Positions 1-8,006 of a DNA stretch of 64,000 bases are shown in pieces. The first letter of the stretch is position 1; the number at the start of each line of letters is the position of its first letter. Location: NCBI GenBank assembly GCA_963720005.1, contig CAVREM010000042.1, forward strand, positions 307,918-371,917, in the 5' to 3' direction. The DNA comes from an uncultured Acidobacteriota bacterium (lineage in GTDB: Bacteria > Acidobacteriota > Vicinamibacteria > Vicinamibacterales > CAVVIG01). Below the pieces are notes generated by a model. It was given only the letters and a program-made list of their open reading frames with translations. It did not search any database and was not told where the DNA came from. Both the position numbers and the translations under genes were made by a program.

Positions 1-718
1 CTCCGCCGGATCCGCCGCCCAGCCCGTACTTCAGGAACGTCGGTGCGAGGACCACCGCGGGAATCGCGGCGCCGAGCGCCAGCCACCCGGCGTGGCGGAC
101 GCCGCGCAGGTACAGCGCGATGGCGGCGAAAGGCAGCAGCAGCGGCCACGACATGTGGACCTGCATGATCCAGGTGAGTGCCGCGCCCATCGCCAGAAAC
201 GCGGTGCGCGGCGAGAGGACGCCGATCGACAACGCTGGCACGGCTTCGAAGAAGCCGACGAAGAAGAGGATCGCGGCCGGCAGCACGTACGAGGGGTTAT
301 TGACGTGTGTCGAGAACTGGAGCGTCCAGGGCGCGGTGAGCAGCCAGCCCCAGACCAGCCATCGAGGGAGCGATGGCTCGCGGCGGCAGATGTAGGCCGC
401 GAGCCCGCAGAGCGCGGCGAACGACAACACGTTGAGAAACACGAACGGCGCCTCGGGCACAGGCGCGATCCGGAGCGGCACGCCGACGAGCAGCGGCTGC
501 AGCGCTCCGGCAATCTGGCTCTGCGTCCAGACGACGTCGGGGCCGAAATACGGCCAGCCGCCGGTCGCGTAGTACCGCAGGCCCATCAAGTAGATCTGGG
601 TCTCGTCTTCCGACCAGAATTCCGACGATAGACCGAAGGCGAGACGGCCGAGGAAGAGAGCCGCGAGAGCGCCGATCCAGGCAGGGCGGCGCAGCGAGTC
701 GGGGATCCTCGTTTTCAG
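1..718 (-). CDS. Polytopic membrane protein, N-terminal part only (gene runs off the left edge); possibly glycosyltransferase-39/ArnT-like
   Basis: Absent from the ORF track because no stop lies in the window. My minus-strand translation from about 718 is uninterrupted and hydrophobic: RIPDSLRRPAWIGALAALFLGRLAFGLSSEFWSEDETQIYLMGLRYYATGGWPYFGPDVVW...WLLTAPWTLQFSTHVNNPSYVLPAAILFFVGFF. The start codon is unclear (CTG at 718?). Confidence 0.5.
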   Translation of the reverse strand, partial: MKTRIPDSLRRPAWIGALAALFLGRLAFGLSSEFWSEDETQIYLMGLRYYATGGWPYFGPDVVWTQSQIAGALQPLLVGVPLRIAPVPEAPFVFLNVLSFAALCGLAAYICRREPSLPRWLVWGWLLTAPWTLQFSTHVNNPSYVLPAAILFFVGFFEAVPALSIGVLSPRTAFLAMGAALTWIMQVHMSWPLLLPFAAIALYLRGVRHAGWLALGAAIPAVVLAPTFLKYGLGGGSGG

Positions 719-738
719 ATTTAAGATTGTCGATTGTA
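713..738. repeat. Half copy of the AT-rich AGATTTM-word element (TTCAGATTTAAGATTG)
   Basis: The sequence ttcagatttaagattgtcgattg matches the arm of the elements at 26453, 28119, 59210 and 62833. It lies in the divergent region between the membrane-protein gene and ubiE. Confidence 0.5.
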
Positions 739-740
739 CC

Positions 741-1454
741 GTGACCGACGTTTCGAAATCGGCGCCGAAGATCGCAGGCATGTTCGATGCGATCGCCGCC
801 CGCTACGACTTCCTCAATCACTTCCTGAGCGCCGGCATCGATCGGCACTGGCGGACCCAGGCGGTCCGCAGCCTCCGCCTGACCGGCTCGGAGCGCGTGC
901 TCGATCTCTGCACGGGCACCGGCGATCTGGCGATTGCGCTGCGCACCGGTCATCCGGGCGCGGCGCGGGTCGTCGGCGTCGACTTCGCGGCGGCGATGCT
1001 GGCGATGGGCCTCGACAAGGTGAGGCGGCGCGGACTCGCCGACCGCGTTCAACTGGTGCGCGCGGACGCGACAAGGGTGCCGCTGTCCAGCGGCTCGACC
1101 GACGCGGTGACGATCGCGTTCGGCATCAGGAACGTCGAAGACCCGGAGGCTGCCTGCCGGGAAATGCTTCGCGTCCTCGTCCCTGGCGGCCGTCTCGCCA
1201 TCCTCGAGTTCGCGGTGCCTTCGTCGCCGCTGGTTCGCTCGGTGTACATGACCTATTTCAAGCACGTGCTGCCGCGGCTGGGCCGGCTGATCTCGCGCCA
1301 CGACACGGCATACGAGTACTTGCCGGCATCGGTCGGCGCGTTCGCGTCGCCTGCTGAGTTTGCCTCGCTCCTTCGTGGCGCGGGATTTGTCGATGTTTCA
1401 ATACGCCCGCTCACGGCCGGGGCCGTGGTGCTGTACAGCGCGCGAAAGCCCTAG
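741..1454 (+). CDS. ubiE: Demethylmenaquinone/ubiquinone C-methyltransferase (UbiE/MenG)
   Basis: Intact 237-aa ORF. It has the FDAIAARYDFLNHFLSAGIDRHWR signature and the SAM motif VLDLCTGTGD typical of UbiE/MenG. Confidence 0.9.
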   Translation: MTDVSKSAPKIAGMFDAIAARYDFLNHFLSAGIDRHWRTQAVRSLRLTGSERVLDLCTGTGDLAIALRTGHPGAARVVGVDFAAAMLAMGLDKVRRRGLADRVQLVRADATRVPLSSGSTDAVTIAFGIRNVEDPEAACREMLRVLVPGGRLAILEFAVPSSPLVRSVYMTYFKHVLPRLGRLISRHDTAYEYLPASVGAFASPAEFASLLRGAGFVDVSIRPLTAGAVVLYSARKP

Positions 1455-1456
1455 CT

Positions 1457-1600
1457 GGAGAGTTGGTGAGTTGGTGAGTTGGAGAGTTAGAGAGTTGGAG
1501 AAGTTAGAAGGTTGGAGAATCGGTGAACTCGAGAGAGTGCGGATCGCAGACTTACGCCTGAACTCATCAACTCTCCAATTCGCGAATTCACCAACTGACT
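1457..1600. repeat. Imperfect palindrome built from GAGTTGGT words
   Basis: Left arm gagttggtgagttggtgagttggagagttagagagttggagaagttagaaggttggagaatcggtgaactc. About 28 nt of core follows, then the right arm gaactcatcaactctccaattcgcgaattcaccaact, which uses the reverse-complement words. Confidence 0.8.
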
Positions 1601-1649
1601 CGAAGCGGGCCGTCCAGAAGTCGCCGCTGGTATACTGGCTAACTACCTG

Positions 1650-2606
1650 ATGTACTTCGATTTCGAGGACCACCGTCCGGACATCACGCCGGTGGGTCGC
1701 GCCATCTCGTGGCGCGAGGGGGTCCTCATCTCGATCATCGTCCACATGGCGATGGTGATCGCGCTGTTGACGGCGCCCCAGTGGCTCGTCGCCCGCGTGG
1801 CGCGCGTCCCCGAAGCGGTGGTTGCCGCCAAGGACGACAAGGACGAGCCGCTCCGGTTCGTCTTCGTCCAGCCGAGAGTGGACACGCCCGCGCCGAAACC
1901 GCCGCCGCGCGCCGACCTTTCCGACAAGGATCGCGTCGCCCGGGCACCGGAGCGTGCCGAGAAGCCGACGAATCCGCTCCCGTACTCGCGCGGCAACTCA
2001 CGGGAACTGGCTGAGGCGATGGAGGCGGAGCGAGCGCGCGGCCGCGGCCCCGTTCCTGAACCTCAGGCCGGCCCGCCGGCGGAACCGAGTCCGCCCGACA
2101 ACACGCCCGTGCCCGAGCAGCAGTCGGCGCTGGCGCTGCCGGTGCCTCCGAAGCCGCCGCCGACGACCGGCGCGGGCGGCCGTGCCTCGGGCGGTTCGCT
2201 CGGCGACGCCCTGCGGAACCTCGAGCGGTACGTCCAGGATCAGCAGCTGAGCAACCCGCGCGGCGCTCCCGGCGACTTCGGTCCGGCGATCCAGTTCGAC
2301 ACGATGGGCGTCGACTTCGGCCGCTGGATCCTGCGCTTCAAAGCGCAAGTCGAGCGCAACTGGTTCCCGCTGATTCCCCAGGCGGCGATGTCGATGAGCG
2401 GCCACACCGTGCTCACCTTCAATGTCCACAAGAACGGCACGATCACCGACCTCACCGTCGTGCAGCCGTCGCGGATCGACGGCTTCAACAACGCGGCGTA
2501 CGGCGCGATGGTCTCGTCGAACCCGACCATCCCGCTGCCGCCCGAGTATCCGGCCGACAAGGCATTTTTCACGGTCACGTTCTTCTACAACGAATCGCCA
2601 CGCTAG
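1650..2606 (+). CDS. TonB-family energy transducer
   Basis: N-terminal TM helix (VLISIIVHMAMVIALL), a Pro-rich spacer (TPAPKPPPR...PVPPKPPPT) and a TonB C-terminal-like domain (FGRWILRFKAQVERNWFPL...LTFNVHKNGTITDLTVVQPS). Confidence 0.75.
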   Translation: MYFDFEDHRPDITPVGRAISWREGVLISIIVHMAMVIALLTAPQWLVARVARVPEAVVAAKDDKDEPLRFVFVQPRVDTPAPKPPPRADLSDKDRVARAPERAEKPTNPLPYSRGNSRELAEAMEAERARGRGPVPEPQAGPPAEPSPPDNTPVPEQQSALALPVPPKPPPTTGAGGRASGGSLGDALRNLERYVQDQQLSNPRGAPGDFGPAIQFDTMGVDFGRWILRFKAQVERNWFPLIPQAAMSMSGHTVLTFNVHKNGTITDLTVVQPSRIDGFNNAAYGAMVSSNPTIPLPPEYPADKAFFTVTFFYNESPR

Positions 2607-2616
2607 TACTTCGCAG

Positions 2617-2815
2617 CAGTTCACACTTCCATGTGCACCGTTCTCGGTTCGTGTTCAAGTTCGGTTCTCGGTTCTCGGTTCTCGGTTCGGTTCGGTTCGG
2701 GGTTCGCAGTTCGAGGTGCCCCGAACCCAGAACCCCGAACTCCGAACCGCGAACCTGGAACGTCGAACCGAACTTGAACACGAACCGAGAAGTGAGAACC
2801 GAGAAGCGTGAACTG
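2617..2815. repeat. 199-bp palindrome built from GTTCTCG/GTTCGGT words
   Basis: Termini are CAGTTCAC...GTGAACTG. A perfect 27-bp arm match links 2641-2667 (ttctcggttcgtgttcaagttcggttc) to 2765-2791 (its reverse complement). The centre is near 2716. It fills the tonB-miaA spacer. Confidence 0.9.
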
Positions 2816-2909
2816 TAGAGTGCTTTGAGTTCGATGTTCACCCGTACGCAGCAACTGGGCCTGCTCATCCTGCTGTTCGTGTTCATCGCGTACGTGCTTC
2901 TGCGGACTG

Positions 2910-3875
2910 GTGCGTAAGTCGACTTCCGGCGCCGCGACCGACCGTCCGCTCGTCGTCGCGATTCTCGGGCCGACGGCGACGGGGAAGAGCGCGTTGGCGC
3001 TCGCGCTGGCCGCCGAGCGTCGAGGTGAGATCGTCAACTGCGACTCGACCGCTGTGTACCGGGGCTTCGACATCGGCACCGACAAGGTCGCCCCCGGCGA
3101 TCGACGCGGTATCCCGCATCACCTGATCGACATCGTCGATCCCACAGCCGAATACACGGCGGCCCAGTACGCCAGGGATGCCGCGAGCGTGATCCGAGAG
3201 GTGCAGGCGCGTGGCGGGCTGCCGTTCGTCGTGGGCGGCACCGGCTTCTATTACCGCGCGCTCACGCGGGGGTTGTTCCCGGGGCCGGGCAGTGATGCGG
3301 CGCTCCGGCAGCGGTTGGCAGATGTCGCCGAGCGGCGCGGCGTCACGTTCCTGCACCGCATGCTCGCTCGCGTGGATCCCGAGTCGGCACGGCGAATCCA
3401 GCCGCGCGACCTGAAGCGGATCGTTCGGGCCCTCGAAGTGTTCTTCCTGACCGGCCGCCCGCTCACTGCCCACTTCGCCGAAACGACCTCACCCATCCCC
3501 GACATGGACGTGCTCGCCATCGGGCTGCGGATGCCGGCCGCGGCCATCTCGGCGCGCGTGACGAGGAGGGTTGATGAGCAGTTCGAGCGCGGCCTGCTCG
3601 ACGAGATTCGCGGCCTGCTCAGGAGCGGCGTGCCCGAGAGCGCGCGTCCGTTTGGCGGGCTCGTGTATCGGCAGGCGCTCGAACACCTGCGCGGGGTCCG
3701 CGACGAAACAGCGACGCGGGCGCTCATCGCGCAGGAGAACCGCCGCTACGCGCGCCGGCAGTTGATCTGGTTCCGCAAAGAGCCTAATCTACGGTGGTTT
3801 GACGGCCCCGGCGACTCGCCCGCCACGATCGCAGCCGTCGACGAGATGCTGAATCACGCCTTCTCCGCTCACTAG
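2910..3875 (+). CDS. miaA: tRNA dimethylallyltransferase
   Basis: Intact ORF with P-loop ILGPTATGKSALALALA, followed by IVNCDSTAVYRGFDIGTDK and RRYARRQLIWFRK. Confidence 0.9.
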   Translation: MRKSTSGAATDRPLVVAILGPTATGKSALALALAAERRGEIVNCDSTAVYRGFDIGTDKVAPGDRRGIPHHLIDIVDPTAEYTAAQYARDAASVIREVQARGGLPFVVGGTGFYYRALTRGLFPGPGSDAALRQRLADVAERRGVTFLHRMLARVDPESARRIQPRDLKRIVRALEVFFLTGRPLTAHFAETTSPIPDMDVLAIGLRMPAAAISARVTRRVDEQFERGLLDEIRGLLRSGVPESARPFGGLVYRQALEHLRGVRDETATRALIAQENRRYARRQLIWFRKEPNLRWFDGPGDSPATIAAVDEMLNHAFSAH

Positions 3876-3878
3876 CGC

Positions 3879-5066
3879 GTGGCCGCGCCCACCCGAGCCA
3901 TCGTCATCGTCCTCGACAGCGTCGGAATCGGCGCGTTGCCGGATGCCGCGGCGTACGGCGACGAAGGCAGCGACACGCTCGGCCACATCGCGAGCGCCGT
4001 GCCGCTGGCCTTGCCGACCCTGCGCGCGCTTGGTCTCGGCCGCGTCGCCGCGCTCGGCCCGGCCTCCGGTCAGGGCACCAATTCCAGCCTTCCGACTGCT
4101 GTCGGCCGCATGGCCGAAGCTTCGGCCGGCAAGGATTCCGTCACGGGTCACTGGGAGATGATGGGCATCGTGCTGGATCGCGCGTTTCCGGTCTTCCCAC
4201 ACGGATTCGCGCCGGAACTCCTCGACGATTTCTCGCGCCAGACCGGCCGCGGCGTGCTCGGCAACAAGGCCGCGTCGGGGACGGTGATCATCGACGAGCT
4301 CGGCGCCGAGCACATGAAGACCGGCAAATGGATCGTGTACACGTCGGCCGACAGCGTGTTTCAGATCGCCGCGCACGAGGAAATCGTGCCGGTTCCTGAG
4401 CTCTATCGTGCGTGCGAAGTCGCCTACCGGCTGGCCGGGGAAGGGTTGGGTGTCGGCCGCGTCATCGCCCGCCCGTTCATTGGCAGACCGGGCCATTTCA
4501 AGCGGACGGCGAATCGCCGCGATTTTGCGCTGCCGCCCGCCGGCGAGACACTGCTGGATCGGCTCAGGTCGGCGTCGCGCCCGGTCGTCGCAATCGGCAA
4601 GATTGAAGATCTGTTTGCAGGCCGCGGCATCTCGACGGCGATTCATACGGCGAGCGACGAGGAGGGAATGGACAGCGTCCTCACTCAGATGGGGTCGGTG
4701 CGCGACGGGTTGATCTTCACCAACCTCGTCGATTTCGACACGCAGTACGGCCATCGCAACGACGTCACCGGCTACGCACAGAACCTGGAGCGGTTCGATG
4801 TGCGGCTTGCCGGGCTTCTGCCTCTCCTGCGAGACGACGACCTGCTCGTCGTCACGGCCGACCACGGCAACGATCCGGCGACGCCGAGCACCGATCATTC
4901 ACGCGAATACGTACCGATCATTGCCGCCGGCGCCGCCGTCCGCGCCAACACCGACCTGGGCACGCGACAGACCTTCGCCGATCTCGGCCAGACGCTCGCC
5001 GACCTGTTCGGTGTCGGTCCGCTCGCCCACGGCACGAGCTTCCTGCATGAGATCCTCGAGCGATAA
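3879..5066 (+). CDS. deoB: Phosphopentomutase
   Basis: Intact 395-aa ORF with IVIVLDSVGIGALPDAAAYGDEGSDTLGHI, DSVTGHWEMMG and VTADHGNDP. Confidence 0.9.
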   Translation: MAAPTRAIVIVLDSVGIGALPDAAAYGDEGSDTLGHIASAVPLALPTLRALGLGRVAALGPASGQGTNSSLPTAVGRMAEASAGKDSVTGHWEMMGIVLDRAFPVFPHGFAPELLDDFSRQTGRGVLGNKAASGTVIIDELGAEHMKTGKWIVYTSADSVFQIAAHEEIVPVPELYRACEVAYRLAGEGLGVGRVIARPFIGRPGHFKRTANRRDFALPPAGETLLDRLRSASRPVVAIGKIEDLFAGRGISTAIHTASDEEGMDSVLTQMGSVRDGLIFTNLVDFDTQYGHRNDVTGYAQNLERFDVRLAGLLPLLRDDDLLVVTADHGNDPATPSTDHSREYVPIIAAGAAVRANTDLGTRQTFADLGQTLADLFGVGPLAHGTSFLHEILER

Positions 5067-6111
5067 AGGCGCGGCGACGCTGCGCGAGCAACTGGAGGCG
5101 CGGGAGCGCGAGATCCTCGCGCCGCAGGCGACCAAGAGCGCCGATTCGCGCGGACGGCTGCGGCCGGAGCGGGAGGACGATGTCCGGCCGGCCTTTCAGC
5201 GGGATCGCGATCGCATCATCCACTGCAAGGCATTCCGGCGCCTCAAGCACAAGACACAGGTCTTTTTCGCGCCGACCGGCGACCATTACCGGACGCGCCT
5301 CACGCATACCCTCGAGGTGTCACAAATCGCGCGGACGATCGCCAAGGTGCTGCGCCTGCACGAGGAACTGACTGAGGCGATTGCGCTCGGCCACGATCTC
5401 GGGCACTCGCCGTTTGGCCACGCCGGCGAGCGGATCATCGATCGGCTGATGCCCGGGGGGTTCAACCATTACGAGCAGAGCCTCCGCATCGTCGACGTCC
5501 TGGAAAACGATCGCCGCGGCCTGAACCTCACCTGGGAAGTCCGCGACGGGATCGCGAAGCATTCGAAAGGGAAGTCGGGGGCGCCGGTGGGCATGCCGGC
5601 GGGGGTTCGCGCGAGCACGATCGAAGGCCAGATCATGCGCGTCGCGGACCTGATCGCCTACGTCAACCACGACATCGACGACTCGACGCGCGCGGGGTTG
5701 ATCCGTCCCGAAGACCTGCCGCGCGACCTGGTCGCCACGCTCGGCTCGACCTCGTCCGCACGAATTGGCACGCTCGTCACGGACGTCGTCACGGAGACGC
5801 TCGACGCGAACCTGACCGAGATTCGAATGAGCCAGCCAATTCTCGATGCCGTCCTCGGGCTGCGCGCGTTCCTGTTCGATGCGGTCTACGAGAACACGGT
5901 TGCCACCGCCGAGTTCCGGAAAGCCTCCGACATCCTGTCAGGGCTGTGGGAGAAGGTCCGCGAGCGGCCCGGCGAGTTCCTCGATGCGAAGACCGTCGAG
6001 GACGAAGGGCTCGACGCGGCGACGCGCGACTTCGTGGCCGGCATGACCGACCGCTACGCCATCCGCCTGTTCGAACAGCTTTTCATTCCCAAGCCCTGGG
6101 CGATTGAATAG
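5047..6111 (+). CDS. dgt: dGTP triphosphohydrolase-like HD-domain protein
   Basis: The in-frame ATG at 5047 overlaps the deoB 3' end. Motifs FQRDRDRIIHCKAFRRLKHKTQVF and HD motif ALGHDLGHSPFGHAGE are present. The upstream part of track ORF 4798.. is out-of-frame deoB sequence. Confidence 0.8.
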   Translation: MRSSSDKGAATLREQLEAREREILAPQATKSADSRGRLRPEREDDVRPAFQRDRDRIIHCKAFRRLKHKTQVFFAPTGDHYRTRLTHTLEVSQIARTIAKVLRLHEELTEAIALGHDLGHSPFGHAGERIIDRLMPGGFNHYEQSLRIVDVLENDRRGLNLTWEVRDGIAKHSKGKSGAPVGMPAGVRASTIEGQIMRVADLIAYVNHDIDDSTRAGLIRPEDLPRDLVATLGSTSSARIGTLVTDVVTETLDANLTEIRMSQPILDAVLGLRAFLFDAVYENTVATAEFRKASDILSGLWEKVRERPGEFLDAKTVEDEGLDAATRDFVAGMTDRYAIRLFEQLFIPKPWAIE

Positions 6112-6120
6112 TCGGCCCGC

Positions 6121-6335
6121 TGAGGCGCGCGCCTCCGAACGGCTCGCGCCCGGGCAGTTTCAGGCGCTTCGTCTAACAAGGTCGAACTCGCGAGCGAGCG
6201 CGCGAGCGAGCCACGCGAACGGAGCGCGCCGGGAAGCGGCGCGCGAGAGCCCGCCTTCGCGCCGAAGGCGTTCGGCGAGGTCTCGCCGTAGCTTTAGCGG
6301 AGGCGGAAGCTGTGGGGACGGGCGACTCGGGTACG
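6121..6335. repeat. GC-rich dispersed repeat (related copy at 61575-61735)
   Basis: Shares the ordered blocks GCGAGCGAGCCAC, GCGAACGG, GCGCGCCGG, AGCGGCGCGCGAGAG and (C/G)TGTGGGG with 61575-61735. It also carries the CCGCCTTCGC word seen in the 45181 arrays. Confidence 0.6.
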
Positions 6336-6355
6336 ACTTGGTGTATGGTGGCGGC

Positions 6356-7906
6356 ATGCTGAAACCGCTCAGGGCGATCGTGACGCGGCGCGGGTTTCTC
6401 GAGCGTCTCGGCCTGATTGGCGGCTCCTCGCTGGTGATGACCGCCATGAGCTCGCTCGACCTGATGGCCGGGCAGGCCGGCGCTCGCCCTTCCTTGTCCG
6501 GCCGGCCCAGGAAGTCCCGGGTCGTCGTGCTGGGCGGCGGCATGTCCGGGCTCGTCGTCGGCTATGAGTTGGGACGATTGGGCTACGACTACCACATCCT
6601 CGAAGCCCGCGACCGGGTCGGCGGCCTGGCGTGGGCTGTGCGACGCGGAAGCGAGCACACCGAGATCGGCGGCGAGCGGCAGGTCTGCAGATTCGATCCG
6701 GGGCTTTACATCAACGTCGGACCCTGGCGAATCCCGTACACGCATACCGGCGTGCTGGACTACTGCAAAGAGCTCGGCGTGCCGATGGAGCTGTTCGTCA
6801 ACGAGGCCGAGAACGCCTACTTCTTCTACGACAGCGAGGCGGCCGGGCCGCTGGCGGGCAAACGCGTGCGCCTGCGCGAGGTGAAGGCCGACATGATCGG
6901 CCATACCAACGAGCTCATCGTCAAGGCCATCGATCAACATCAGCTCGACGTGCCGATGACGGCCGAGGACAGGGAGCGGTTCGTCACCTATTTGACCGCG
7001 CACGGCTACCTCGATGCGAAGAGCCATGCCTACGGCGCGTTCGAGACGCGCGGCGGCGGCGATCCCTACGCGCTTGACGTGCTGCTCCGGGGCGGGTTCG
7101 CCAACCGGCTGCGTTCGATCGCCGCACGCTCCGGCACGTCGACAGGATTGATGTTCCAGCCGATCGGCGGCATGGACCAGATTACGTTCGCGTTTCAGCG
7201 TGTGCTCGGCAGGAACCACATCACGCTCAACGAGGAGGTGTTGTCGGTCCATCAGACCGAGACCGACGTGAAGGTCGTGCACGCGAACACCAAGAGCGGG
7301 AAGAAGACGGAAACCACCGCCGATTACGTCGTCGTGTGCATGCCGCTGTCGTGCCTCGCGAACGTCGACATCAACCTGTCGCCGGAGCTGATGACCCACG
7401 TCACGGCCACCACTTACAGCAACAGCGCGAAGATGGGGCTCGCCATGAAGCGCCGGTTCTGGGAGGAGGACGACCAGATCTTCGGAGGACACCTGTATTC
7501 GAGCTTGCCGCTTGGCGAGTTCTCGTATCCGTCGAACGACTATTTCTCGGCCAAGGGCGTGCTGCTCGGGCTATACGCGAACGGACCGGTCGGCGACCTG
7601 CTGGATCAGCCGGTGCAGGCGCGTGTGGATCACGTGCTGACACACGCCAGCAAAGTACACCCGCAGATTCGCCAGGAGTTCGAGAGCGCCTACGCGGTCT
7701 GGTGGCGCAAGGTGAAGTACAGCCTCGGCGGGTACGCGTCCGGCGGCGGCGCCTCGCGCCGCCAGGCGCTCGCGGTGATGGACAACCGCATCGTCATCGG
7801 CTCGGCGGCGACCGCGCCGTATTCCTCGCCCGATTGGCTCGAGGGCGCCGTGGCGTCGGCGTGGACGGCGCTCACCAACCTGCACGAACGCGCGATGCGC
7901 GCGTAA
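6356..7906 (+). CDS. Secreted (Tat-type signal) flavin amine oxidase / L-amino-acid-oxidase family protein
   Basis: Start at the internal ATG 6356 (MLKPLRAIVTRRGFLERLGLIGGSSLVMTAM, twin-arginine RRGFL). Dinucleotide-binding motif VVVLGGGMSGLVVGYELGRLGYDYHILEARDRVGG. The track ORF prefix 6104-6355 lies in repeat DNA. Confidence 0.75.
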   Translation: MLKPLRAIVTRRGFLERLGLIGGSSLVMTAMSSLDLMAGQAGARPSLSGRPRKSRVVVLGGGMSGLVVGYELGRLGYDYHILEARDRVGGLAWAVRRGSEHTEIGGERQVCRFDPGLYINVGPWRIPYTHTGVLDYCKELGVPMELFVNEAENAYFFYDSEAAGPLAGKRVRLREVKADMIGHTNELIVKAIDQHQLDVPMTAEDRERFVTYLTAHGYLDAKSHAYGAFETRGGGDPYALDVLLRGGFANRLRSIAARSGTSTGLMFQPIGGMDQITFAFQRVLGRNHITLNEEVLSVHQTETDVKVVHANTKSGKKTETTADYVVVCMPLSCLANVDINLSPELMTHVTATTYSNSAKMGLAMKRRFWEEDDQIFGGHLYSSLPLGEFSYPSNDYFSAKGVLLGLYANGPVGDLLDQPVQARVDHVLTHASKVHPQIRQEFESAYAVWWRKVKYSLGGYASGGGASRRQALAVMDNRIVIGSAATAPYSSPDWLEGAVASAWTALTNLHERAMRA

Positions 7907-8006
7907 ACGCACGTCGTCGCGGAATCTGTTCGCACGGCTCAGCTGCCGGTCGACGAATCGGCCGAACAGCCGCGGGAGGCGTCTAACCTCCATACAAAGC
8001 CGACGT

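Noticed and set aside
2617-2815. Classifying the 199-bp palindrome as a MITE.
   Set aside because: No target-site duplication flanks it and there is no second copy in the window. The arms are built from tandem words like the other elements. I left the question open and did not call it a mobile element.
2575-3085. ORFs inside the 199-bp palindrome (2633-2818 +, 2575-2886 -, 2621-3085 -).
   Set aside because: They give mirror-image low-complexity peptides (FGSRFSVLGS and similar) on both strands, which is a by-product of the palindrome. The 2621-3085 ORF is antisense to miaA.
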